64,000 bases of DNA from an uncultured Thermoleophilia bacterium (GTDB lineage Bacteria > Actinomycetota > Thermoleophilia > UBA2241): contig CAVQSP010000015.1 of NCBI GenBank assembly GCA_963715985.1, positions 32,001-96,000 of the forward strand. The letters run 5' to 3'. Below the pieces are notes generated by a model. That model was not told the origin of the DNA and made no database searches. It was given only the letters and a program-made list of their open reading frames with translations. Made by a program: the position numbers and the translations under genes. This document shows, piece by piece, positions 54,338 through 64,000 of this stretch (positions are counted from its first letter, which is position 1; each line of letters starts with the position of its first letter).

Positions 54338-56440
54338 GTGCCGCCTGTGATCGCTTGCCCTTCATGCGGGACCGGACTGCCCGACGACGCGCGGTTCTGC
54401 CTTCAGTGCGGGACACGTGTCGCTGCCCCCGTCCCGCACCCCGAGGAGCGCAAGGTCGTGACGACTCTGTTCTGCGACCTCGTCTCGTTCACGGCGATGA
54501 GCGAGACCGCCGACCCCGAGGACGTCGACGCCCTTCTCAGCGGTTACCACGACCTGGCCCTGGAGGGTGATCGAGAACCACGGCGGCACAGTCGAGAAGT
54601 ACATCGGCGACGCCGTAGTGGCCGTGTTCGGCGTGCCTGCGGTGCACGAGGACGACCCGAGCGCGCCGTGGGGCCGCACTGCGCATCCTGAGGGAACTCG
54701 ATGACGCCGGCCTCGCCCGCCCCGACGGCACGCCCCTCCAGGCGCGCTGCGGCGTCAACACCGGCGAAGCTCTGGTGCGCCTCGACGTCGATCCGGCTTC
54801 GGGGCGCGGCTCCTGACGGGCGACGCCGTCAACGTCGCCGCCCGTCTCGAAGCGCAGCGGAACCGGCGGAGTGGTGGTCGGAGGTGCCACCCACTCCCTG
54901 ACCGAACGCGTCATCTCCTATGAACAGCTGCCGCTGCTCGCCCTGAAGGGAAAGACCGAACCGGTCGCGGCCTGGCTCGCACTGGAGGCGAGAAGCAGGA
55001 CCGGCCTCCGAACGCCCGGCGTCGCCGACACCCCGTTCGTCGGGAGGGAGAAGGAGCTGGACGGCCTGCTCGCGACCTTCCAGCATGCGGTCTCCTCAAG
55101 CGAGGCCCGCTTCCTCCTCGTCGTGGGCGAGCCCGGCATTGGCAAGAGCCGCCTCGTCCTCGAGTTCGCCCGCGCCATCGAGGCGCGGTCTGAGCTCGTC
55201 ACCTGGCGCCAGGGCCGCTGCATCGCCTTCGGCGACGACACTGGTTTCGCAGCTCTTGCGGACATCGTCAAGAGCCACGCCGGCATCCTCGATTCCGATG
55301 ACGTCCTCACGTAGAGGCGAAACTGGAGCGGGTCCTTCCCGAGAGCGAGGAGCGGAACTGGCTGCGTCAGCACCTGCGCACGCTGCTCGGCCTTCAAGCG
55401 GCTCCCGCCTCGCGTGACGAGAGCTTCACGGCGTGGTCGCGGTTCTTGGCTCATGTGGCCTCACCGCGCCCGGCCATCTTCGTCCTCGAAGACCTGCACT
55501 GGGCTGGGGAGGGGATGCTGGCCTTCGTCGAGTTCCTGGCAGGCGCCCAGTGGGAGACGCCGGTCACCATGGTGGCCACAGCCCGCCCGGAGTTGCCGGC
55601 GAGGCTGCCCGACTCCCTCGCTCGTGCGGAGCGCCTGACTCGGCTGGTCCTCGAGCCGTTGGACCGCGACGGCGCCCGGCGGCTTCTCTCTTCTTGCTGC
55701 CCGAGCAGGCGGTGAGCGACGGACTCGAGCGCATCCTCGACCTCGTGAGCGGCAACCCGCTCTTTGCGGAGGAATACGTGCGCCTCCTGGTCGATCGCGG
55801 GCTCTCGCCGGAGGCCGATTCAGCTCCTCGGTCCGCAGGAGGAATCGGTATGCCTTTGCCCGACACCGTGCAAGCCGTCATTGCCGCCCGCCTCGATGCG
55901 TTGCCTGCAAGCCACAAGGCAGTGCTGTGCGACGCGGCCGTCCTGGGGGAGACCTTCTGGGACGGTGGCGTCATGGCCCTCTCTGACCGCGATCGGGACG
56001 AGGTCGATGACGTTCTAGCCGCGCTCATCGAGCGACAGTTGGTCAGACCGGTGCGCAGCTCTTCATTGAAGGACGAGAACGAGTACCTGTTCTGGCACGC
56101 CCTAGCCCGCGACGTGGCCTACGAGCAGCTGCCCAGGCGTGCGCGACTGCGAAAGCACCAGGATGCCGGCGAGTGGATCGAGCGCAAGGCCGGTGAACGC
56201 ATCGACGACGTCGCCGAGATCCTTGCGCATCACTTCGACACGGCTCACGGCCTGGCGCAAGCTGCGCGAGGAGGCCCGGCGCCGCTCTCGCGCCGCGAGC
56301 CGGCCACTACCTGTGGCGGGCGGCAACGCGGAACCGCGCGATAGCCGGAGAGACCGCGCAGCGGCAGCTCGGCCGGGCGCTCGAACTTCTGCCCGCCTGA
56401 GTCGCCGCTGCGCACGAACGCCCTGTTCCTGCTGGGCGAA
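54338..56440 (+). pseudogene. Zinc-ribbon adenylate/guanylate cyclase-AAA ATPase, multiply frameshifted and truncated
   Basis: CPSCG..ARFCLQCG, EERKVVTTLFCDLVSFT, EKYIGDAV, GDAVNVAARL, FVGREKEL, GEPGIGKSRL, EDLHWA, GNPLFAEE and FWHALARDVAY spread over several frames; ends abruptly near 56440. Confidence 0.8.
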
Positions 56441-57084
56441 CTTCCCACGACGGGCGGCTTGTTGGCGAAGCTGGTCGTCGCCGCCTGCGGACTGATCCGG
56501 GACCAGACGTGCTCTGGAAGGACCGGTACGGCGGCAGCCGTCGTGAGCATGTCGGCCTTGGGGTGGTCGCACATGATCCTCACCGTGTAGTCATCCGTCG
56601 CTTCCACGCTGCGGATGCCGACGGTGTTCGCGGTGAAGATGCTCGTGCCACCGTCGATCACGTAGTTGTACGTGAAGGCGACATCTCTCGCGGTGACCGG
56701 ACCGTGGCCGTTCTGCCAAGACGCGGTGCGTCGCAGCGTGAAGGTCCAGACGGTCCCGTCCGGGCTCGTCGTCCAGTCGGTGGCGAGACTGCCCGCGTCA
56801 ACGCCCTTGCGCGGCTTCAGAGTGACCGGGTCGACGCCGACGAGCACGTCATAGTTCAGCGAGCGGATGAGATTGGACGTGACATTGTTGCCGAGGAGGG
56901 GGTTGAGGCTGTCCACGTCAACGATCAGCCCGACGCGGAGCGTGACCGTGCCCTCGGAAGGTAACGGGCTGACCGACGCTGACGCCACCGGTGAGAGTCC
57001 CATGTAGCAGCCTGCGAGCAGCAAGAGCAGAACGACGCGCACAGCAACGTCGCCCCGTGTGAGACGACGGGTTCGGATGTGCAT
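56441..57084 (-). pseudogene. ABC transporter family-5 solute-binding protein, N-terminal part only
   Basis: Signal peptide, DSLNP, LATDWTTSPDGTVWTFTLR, TARDVAFTY, VLPEHVW, PPVVGS; then runs into the reverse strand of the cyclase gene. Confidence 0.75.
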
Positions 57085-57338
57085 GTGACCCCTCCCGATC
57101 ACGACGTCGCCCTCGCGCCCGGCGGCGAGACTCACCCCCCTGCCGAGACCGACTCTACGCAGTCATCCCAGCCGGCACAAGACCCTCCGCCAGGGCGAAG
57201 ACCAAGCCATGGCGCGCGCCCTGTGAAGTGCAGGGGCTCAGCGCCCACCGGGGGTGCGACAGGCGGGAGCGGCCGCCGAGGGGCGGCGAACTAGGCGGCA
57301 CGGGACCAAGTGCTCGGCCCGTCTCGCGCGCGGTCCGC

Positions 57339-59580
57339 TCACTGCTGCTGCTTCGCCTCAAGCTGGCTGATGGCCTCGGCCACCCCCGCCTGGCCGGGGG
57401 CGCGCGCGTTCACGTCGAGCAGGATCTGGAGCGCCTCCGCGGTCTTGCCCTGGTCGTAGAGGAAGGTGGCCAGCTGCAGGGCAGCCTGACCGCCCATCGG
57501 GTCGATCTCGAGGCAATACCTCAGGACCTTCTCCGCCTGGGCCTTCTTGCCCTGGTCCCACAGCGCCCTGGCCATCTGCACGCGGATGGTGGTCCCGTAC
57601 GGCTCCACCTTGAGCCCCTGCGCGACCACGTCGAGGGCCTGCTGGTAGTAGCTCTTGTCGAACACCTGGCCGGCGATGGTGTAGAGCTCCGCCAGGGAGA
57701 CGTAGTCGTCGTACTCGTCGGGCACGAATGCGATGGCTTCCCTGAACGCGGCCTCCGCGTTGACGAACGCCTGCTTGGAGGCCTCGTAGTAGGGCGCCGT
57801 GTCCTCGCCGGCCTGCTGCGCCTTCGACCCCTCCTGCAGCAGCAGCTTGAGCTCCTCCATGTAGGCCACGCCCAGGCCCCAGCGATACGTCTGTGAGTAG
57901 GGGAAGAGCCGCACGGCGCGCTTCGCATCCTTGATGCGCTGCTCCGCGGAGCTCGAGGCCTGCGCCTTCATGTAGGCGTTGTCCGCCGCCAGCACCACGC
58001 CCTGGTAGCCGATGCCCACCACGCAGACCGCGAGGACGGCGGCGCCGGCCACCACGCCCCAGCGCGGCGCCCGCACCTCCACCAGCCTCGCCGTGGGCGC
58101 CAGCGCGACCGCGAGCGCGATCCAGAGCAGGAAGGTGACGCCGGTGACGGACACTCCGAACAGCAGCTGCACGAGGTAGCCCAAGGCCGCCGCCCAGAAC
58201 GCCCCGACGAGCAGGCGCCCGGCGTCGTCATCGCGCCGGAACACGGTGGAGAACGAGCGTACGCCCGCCCACACCACGACGCCGTAGAACATCAGCATGC
58301 CGGGCACGCCGATGCCCGTCGCGAGTTGCAGCGGGTAGTCATGCGCGTTGTCGGCCACCGAGAGGCCGCCGGCATCGCGCACGTACTCCACCGGCTTGAA
58401 CTTGGGGAACACCAGCCGGAACGTGTCGGCGCCCCAGCCCAGCAGCGGCCGCTCCTTGATGGCACTGCCGGCCGCCTGCCAGATCTCCGCCCGCGTCTGG
58501 CCGCTGCCGCTGTTGAACTGGAAGATGGACGCCAGCCGCTTGCCGAAGTTCATCACCTCGTTGGCGCTGGACAGGCTGCGGACGACGACGGCGATGCCGG
58601 CGGCCACGAAGACGCCCGCGGGGACGAGAGTCGACGCGGGCCAGATGGGCGCGTTGCCGCCAGGCCACCACACCGAGCACAACGAGAGCGACCGCACCAC
58701 CGATCCAGGCCCCGCGGGTGAAGGCCACGATGAGGGCCATGCCGTTGAGGCCGAACCCGATCCAGTACACGAGCCGCCAGCCCAGACGGCGCTCGAACAG
58801 GGCGAGCGCCAGCGCGATGGTGACCGAGAAGATGAGGAAGGCGCCCAGGAGGTCGGGGTTGCCGTAGGTGGAGAAGGCACGGTTGACCTCGAACGGCAGC
58901 GTGCCCCAGTCGAACGGGTCGCGACCCGCGTACTGCAGCAGACCGTAGACGGAGACGACGACACTGGACCAGAACAGGGCCTGCGCCAGCTTGAGCACAC
59001 GCGCCGTGCGGTCGGCGAACTGCAGGACGAGGAAGTAGATGAGGGCGTAGTTGACGAAGGAGAGCAGGCCTTCGTAGCGCCTGGGCTTACCGAACACCGC
59101 CGTGGGCGGATGCAACGACGTCACCGTGCTGAGCGCCACCCAGGCGAGAAGCGCGAGGATGAGCCAGTCGACGGGCGTGTGGCGCACCTTGCCGCCTCTG
59201 CGCAGCAAGTCCCAGGCCCATGCCCCGAGCGCGACCAGGCCGAGGATGCGCAGCAGCGACATCTTGACGATGTCGAAGGAGTCGTAGGTCAGGGGCAACG
59301 AGATGCCCAACGCCGTGAGGTTGCTCATGGCGATAGGCACGAGGACGACCATGGCCAGCAGCGACCACCAGGCCACGCGACGCGCGGCGCTCATGGGCTC
59401 GACGGCGGCGGGCGCGCCGGCGTCCCGGCGGGACGCGGCCGCATCGGGCGGGCGCGACGTCTCGCGGGTGGGCTTGGCGGAGGCAGCGGGAGCAGCGGCC
59501 GCAGCGGTCCGGCGGGCGCCCGACTGGCCTCCCGTGGACTGGCCGCCGCTCGCCCGCTTCTTCTTCCTGGACTTGGCCAC
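57339..59580 (-). CDS. O-antigen ligase (Wzy_C)-family membrane protein with C-terminal TPR (frameshift near 58630)
   Basis: STYGNPD, FTRGAWIG, RAEIW, RPLLGWGADTF, DNAHDYPLQ, TPR-like tail; split over two frames. Confidence 0.82.
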
Positions 59581-59592
59581 CGCGCCCCTTCG

Positions 59593-60981
59593 TCACCTGG
59601 CTCCGCGCCCGGTGAGCACCACGCGCAGGGTCTCGGCCACGATCTGTGCGTCCATGGCCAGTGTCTGATGATACATGTAGATCAGGTCGTACTTGAGCTT
59701 GCGCTCAGGCGTGGTGGCGTACCCGCCGCTCACCTGTGCGAGCCCAGTGACGCCCGGCTTGACGTTGAAGCGCTCCCTGTAGCCGGGCGTCTCGGCGATG
59801 TACTGCTCGACGAAGAACGGGCGCTCGGGGCGCGGGCCCACGAAGCTCATCTCCCCCTTGATGATGTTCACCAGCTGAGGGATCTCGTCGAGCCGGTACC
59901 TGCGGAGAAGACGCCCGGGGCGAGTGACGCGTTCATCATCCGGCTCAGCCATGACGGGGCCACAGGCCGCCTCCGCGTCGCAGACCATGGTGCGGAGCTT
60001 GTGGATGCGGAAGGTCCGCTGATGACGCCCCACACGCTCCTGGGAGAAGAAGACGGGCAGTCCGTCGCTCGCGGCGATGGCGATGGCGGCGACGAGCAGC
60101 ACCGGGCTCGAGACGACCAGGAGCAGCAGGGCGGCGGCCACGTCGATGATGCGCTTGGCCGCCGCGTAGTAGCGCGGCACCGTGGCGTGCGTGATCTCCA
60201 TGAGAGGGACGTCGCCGACGATGGCGTCCACCGTGCCGATGAAGATCTCGTAGAGCTCGGGGACCACGTCCACGCGCACGTCGGCCTCGTCGGCGAGCAC
60301 GAGAGACTCGACGAGCTCACGCAGCGCCACGGGGCTGACCACGATGACCCGGTTGGCGCGGTGCTCGGCGGCGATCCGCGCCACGTCATCCGCCTTCCCG
60401 AGGATCGGGAACCCGGCGTCCGGCCCCCACCCGCCGTCCGGGCCGCCCGTCGCGAACGCCTCGGTGTCGGTGGCGAGGAGGCCGGTGACCTTCCAGCCCC
60501 AGTGACCGCGCGCCGAGACCTCGCGGGCAAGGTCGACGGCCGCCTCGGTCGTGCCCACGATGAGCACGCGCTGTTCCGGCCACTTGACCCGACCCACGCG
60601 CAGGAAGACCAGCCTCCAGCCGGTGAGGAGCGCCAGATCGAACACCCAGGCGATGAGGATCGTGGAGCGTGCAAACGAAGCCGTCCGTTCGCCGCCGAAG
60701 AAGGCGACAGCGGCCGTCAGCAGCGTGCCGAGCGTGACGGCCGCCACCGCCCCGCGCACCACCGCCCAGGCGGTGTCGGCGCGCTCGGGATCGTAAAGCC
60801 CATAGGTCCAGGCGCCGCCCAGGTACAGCACCGTGAGCAGCGGCGCCAGCAGCACGTATGCGTTGAAGTTGAACGACGGCAGCTGGCCCTCGAAACGCAG
60901 CAGGAAGGCCAGCACGAAACCGACGTTGACGAGCGCGGCGTCCACCGCCACGGAGAGGACGATGAAGGAGCGCCTGGACAT
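59593..60981 (-). CDS. Priming sugar transferase (WcaJ/WbaP-like)
   Basis: N-terminal TMs, CoA-binding-like region, KRIIDV, QERVG, KLRTM, RLDEIPQL, GEMSFVGPRP, KPGVTGLAQV, YDLIY. Confidence 0.93.
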   Translation of the reverse strand: MSRRSFIVLSVAVDAALVNVGFVLAFLLRFEGQLPSFNFNAYVLLAPLLTVLYLGGAWTYGLYDPERADTAWAVVRGAVAAVTLGTLLTAAVAFFGGERTASFARSTILIAWVFDLALLTGWRLVFLRVGRVKWPEQRVLIVGTTEAAVDLAREVSARGHWGWKVTGLLATDTEAFATGGPDGGWGPDAGFPILGKADDVARIAAEHRANRVIVVSPVALRELVESLVLADEADVRVDVVPELYEIFIGTVDAIVGDVPLMEITHATVPRYYAAAKRIIDVAAALLLLVVSSPVLLVAAIAIAASDGLPVFFSQERVGRHQRTFRIHKLRTMVCDAEAACGPVMAEPDDERVTRPGRLLRRYRLDEIPQLVNIIKGEMSFVGPRPERPFFVEQYIAETPGYRERFNVKPGVTGLAQVSGGYATTPERKLKYDLIYMYHQTLAMDAQIVAETLRVVLTGRGAR

Positions 60982-62217
60982 CTAGCTTCGACTCCCGCAC
61001 GGGGCGGCGCTCGGGCGGCGCCTCACGCCCGGGCGGGCGACGTGCAGCGCGGCCGCCTCCCTGTAGACCGCGACGGTGCCGGCCACCATCCGCGGCACCG
61101 TGAACTCGCGGCGGGCGCGCCGCTGGGCCTGCTCGCCGAGACGCGCCCGCAGGGCGTCGTCCTCGAGCAGGCGCCGCAGGGCGCCCGTCAGCGCGGCCGG
61201 CTCTCCGGGCGGCACCACGAGCCCCGTCACACCGTCCCGGTTGGCGAACGGCACACCGGTGGGCAGCGACGTCGAGACGACCGGCGTGCCGGCGGCGTGC
61301 GCCTCGATCTGCACCAGCCCGAAGGCCTCGCTGCGCGCCACGCTGGGCAGGCACAGGAGGTCGGCGGCGTGGTACCAGGCGGCCAGCTCGCCGTCGTCCT
61401 GCGCGGGCAGGAAGGTGGTGCGGGCGCCCATGCCCAGCGACAAGGCCAGCGCCCGCAGGTCGTCCTCCAGCGGGCCGCGGCCGATCAGGACCAGGTCGGC
61501 ATCCACGCCGGCCATGGCCCGTACCAGCACGTCGGCTCCCTTGTAGTACACCAGGCGCCCCACGAAGAGCACCAGCGGGCGCCCGGCGTGCGCGGCGCGC
61601 ATCTGCGCCGCGCGCTCCCGCACGCCGGGCGCCGCAGTCAGCTTCGCCGCCGGCAGCCCGAACGGCACCACGCGGCACTTGCCGGCACGCGGCGCCAGGA
61701 ACGGGGAGTACTTCACCATGTCCGGCGACGACGTCACGATGAGGTCGACTCTATCGAGAAAGCGCTCCAGGAAGGGGGCGTACGCGGCGAGCAGGCGCCT
61801 CTGGCGGACGATGTCGCTGTGGTAGAGGACGACGCTGGGGACATCCGGACGGGCCATGAGGAATGAGAGTTCGCCCCACGGGTACGGGGCGTGGAAGTTG
61901 AGCACGTCTGGGCGGTCCGGCCGCCGGAGCTCCTCGCGCAGGGCCGCCGGCATGCCTGCGGCCACCGGCGCGGAGGACACCACGAGTCGCCTCGGCAGCC
62001 GCGTGACGCGCACCGCGCCCACGGTCTCTTCGAGAAGGCTGGGCCCCTCGTTGCACACCAGGGCGTGCACCGCGGCCCCGGCGTGTTCCACTAGACCCTC
62101 GGACAGCGTGCGCACGACGGTCTCCACGCCGCCGAGGTGCGGCGGCGAGTAGTACTTGTTGATCATCGTCACGCGCGGCGGGCGGCGGGCGCCCGGAGGG
62201 GAGCCGGCCGCCATCAC
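60982..62217 (-). CDS. GT4-family glycosyltransferase
   Basis: GGVE, YHSDIVRQ, FVGRLVYYKG, SEAFGLVQIEA. Confidence 0.92.
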   Translation of the reverse strand: MMAAGSPPGARRPPRVTMINKYYSPPHLGGVETVVRTLSEGLVEHAGAAVHALVCNEGPSLLEETVGAVRVTRLPRRLVVSSAPVAAGMPAALREELRRPDRPDVLNFHAPYPWGELSFLMARPDVPSVVLYHSDIVRQRRLLAAYAPFLERFLDRVDLIVTSSPDMVKYSPFLAPRAGKCRVVPFGLPAAKLTAAPGVRERAAQMRAAHAGRPLVLFVGRLVYYKGADVLVRAMAGVDADLVLIGRGPLEDDLRALALSLGMGARTTFLPAQDDGELAAWYHAADLLCLPSVARSEAFGLVQIEAHAAGTPVVSTSLPTGVPFANRDGVTGLVVPPGEPAALTGALRRLLEDDALRARLGEQAQRRARREFTVPRMVAGTVAVYREAAALHVARPGVRRRPSAAPCGSRS

Positions 62218-62284
62218 CCGTCCTGACGGCGCTTCGTGCGTCTGCTCACACCACGGCCCGAAGTCGACATGCGTTGCTCCGATG

Positions 62285-63373
62285 TCAACTCGCCAGCATC
62301 AGGGCTGGCTGAGTCGACGTTGTGGTTGCGGCAAGCATAGCATCCCGGCGCGCCTCGGCGGCGCGCAGAGCCCGCCAGACGGTGCGCGCCAGGTGACGCT
62401 TCAGGCAGCGAGAGCCTCGCGCTTGGTCTTGCCCTCAGCGCGTCTGCGCTCGAGGTAGACACGCGCCGGGTCGTGCATGCGTATCTGCGTGACGGCGATG
62501 CGGTGCAGGGCGCAGTTGAGGCGGCGGTTGCCGCGGCGGTTGAGGCGGTAGCGGTCACTCCTGCCGCTCGAGACCGGCACGGGGGCGACGCCGGCTGTGC
62601 ATGGCGAAGCGGGCCGCACTGCGCGAAGCGCGCCGCGCCCGCCGTCTCGCCGACGAGGCGCGGCAGCGGTGAGGCCGCCGCAGCCCAGGCAGGGCGAGCA
62701 GCTCAGGGGCGAGCGCACCGGCCATGGCGCCGACCTCGCCCTCCAGGGCGCGGATCTCGGCGTTGAGCGCGCGGCAACGGTCGGTCAGCTCGCGGGCGAT
62801 GCGCACCTGGATGCGCCCTCGAGGCCGCCCAGCTGCGCCTCGACGCGGTCGAGCCAGCGGGTGCTGCGCAGGGCCTTCGGCGGGACCTCGAGCGCCGATG
62901 CCGAGGTCGTGCAGATGCCAGCGCAGCCGTCCCTGGAGGCGGGTGCGCTCGGCCGACGAGGTCGTCGCGGTGGTCGGCCAGCAGGCGCAGCTCGCGCTCG
63001 GGGCCGGCGAGACAGCGCCGCGGGCAGGTCCGGCTCACGGAGCGCGGCGCGGGCGACGGCAGCAGCGTCGATCGGGTCGCTCTTGCCGCGGGTGCGCGCG
63101 CTACGGCGCACGCCGGCCATGAGCTTGGGGCGGCACACGCACGCAGCTCTCGCCGCGCTCCACGAGGAAGCGCTCGAGACGTCCGGAGACGTGGCGGCAG
63201 TCTTCGAGAGCGAAGCGGCGCTCGGGGGCGAGCGTGCGTGCCCAAGCCAAGAGGCGGCCATGGCCGCGATCCGTGGCCGGCACCGTGAACTCGCCGACGA
63301 GTTCTCCGGTCACCGCCTCGAGGGCCACCGCGGTGTGGCTCTTCTTGTGCGGGTCGATCCCGAGTACGATCAT
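62285..63373 (-). CDS. IS110 transposase/recombinase (several frameshifts)
   Basis: MIVLGIDPHK, ALED, GKSDPIDA (RuvC-like DEDD); GVAPVPVSSG, RLNRRGNRRLN, LKRHLARTVW (Tnp domain). The reconstructed stop TGA overlaps the TTGACA. Confidence 0.85.
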
Positions 63374-63384
63374 CTCTGTCCCCT

Positions 63385-63612
63385 TTCGGTGCGCATCCCG
63401 AACTGCGGGACCGCCGGTGGACAGCTCTTGGTCGGGGCCTCTCAGCCAGGCTCCTATCAGGTCACGCCGGCGAACCTGCGGCAGGTGGCGGGGGACACAA
63501 CGCATGCTGGTCAGTCCCGTCGGACGACACGGAGCCTAGGAGTCACCCCGCCACCACGCTGCAGGCTACCCGATCGAGATCGGGAACCCTACGAGACAGA
63601 GCCTGACACCAA
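63385..63612 (-). ncRNA. Putative IS110 bridge RNA (target-binding and donor-binding loops)
   Basis: Two similar stem-loops (TGAC...guide...inner hairpin...guide...TGTCC) at 63484-63555 and about 63412-63472; guide segments match the insertion flanks and the downstream element end. RNA boundaries are approximate. Confidence 0.7.
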
Positions 63613-63763
63613 CACGATTCTACGCGACAGGGAGCGACCCCGGCGAAGCGCGCCCTCCGGCAGCGGCGCGCCGGACGCCTCCCCCCGATACGAACGTGAG
63701 AGGATGTGGGTCGTGGACCGACTCCGCGGCAGCTCCGCGGACGAGCCCGGAGGGGACGTACTG

Positions 63764-64000
63764 GTGTTGACGGTCGACGCGATCGTGGTGAACCACAACA
63801 CGAGGGACCTGCTGCGCGCCAGCCTCACCTCCCTGCGCGCCTCGCGCCGGCCTCTCAGCCGCGTGCTCGTCGTCGACAACGCCTCGGTCGACGGCAGCGC
63901 GGAGATGGTGCGCACCGAGTTCCCCGAGGCCGGCCTCTTCCGCATGCGCGAGAACGTCGGCTTCGCGCGCGCCAACAACGTCGCCTTCGCCGAGACCTGC
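63764..64000 (+). CDS. GT2-family glycosyltransferase (runs off the right edge)
   Basis: Manual translation: DAIVVNHNTRDLL...VLVVDNASVDGS...ENVGFARANN; SD GGAGG. Confidence 0.88.
   Translation, partial: MLTVDAIVVNHNTRDLLRASLTSLRASRRPLSRVLVVDNASVDGSAEMVRTEFPEAGLFRMRENVGFARANNVAFAETC

Larger units (their letters stand above)
62276..63630 (-). mobile_element. IS110-family insertion sequence (about 1355 bp)
   Basis: DEDD transposase, no terminal inverted repeats. The downstream end carries TTGACATCGGAGC (outward -35) and the upstream end carries TAGAAT (-10); structured non-coding region of about 250 nt before the transposase. Confidence 0.85.

Noticed and set aside
54810-54820. In-frame TGA in the cyclase gene as possible selenocysteine or readthrough
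   Set aside because: Explained by a nearby indel; the homologous sequence (LTGDAVN) continues in another frame.
57140-57300. Possible riboswitch near the solute-binding protein gene (ctgtgaag reminiscent of c-di-GMP-II)
   Set aside because: The other conserved elements are missing and the motif is on the wrong strand for that gene; an Rfam search would be needed.

Overview
This is a high-GC (about 70% by eye) chromosomal segment, most likely from an actinobacterium of the Thermoleophilia type (inferred from composition and gene content, not from a search). Minus-strand housekeeping and amino-acid genes dominate: dnaE-hisZGDBHAF-tsaC, rpiB-glyA-dCMP deaminase-wecA/tagO, leuA-leuC-leuD-leuB-ilvE-cimA, serA with a class V aminotransferase, ilvD-ilvB-ilvN, ilvC, trpB and a metB-like gene. 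Accessory genes lie between them: a FAD oxidoreductase/Fe-S pair with a PAS-LuxR regulator, a B12-type radical SAM enzyme, a divergent enolase coupled to a MOFRL kinase, SulP, TipA/MerR, an AlkZ-like glycosylase, DUF302-trxA and a surface-glycan cluster. There are also gene remnants and many single-base frameshifts, which may be assembly errors. The main findings are: (1) an IS110 element (about 62276-63630) whose non-coding end folds into two similar loops whose guide segments match the insertion-site flanks and one element end, i.e. a readable bridge RNA; (2) an enolase paralog and a glycerate-2-kinase paralog that both have altered substrate-binding motifs, suggesting an undescribed kinase/dehydratase pathway; (3) an unannotated Leu-rich leader peptide and attenuator upstream of leuA; (4) catalytically degenerate HisG and SerA copies. 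No rRNA, tRNA or CRISPR array was seen.
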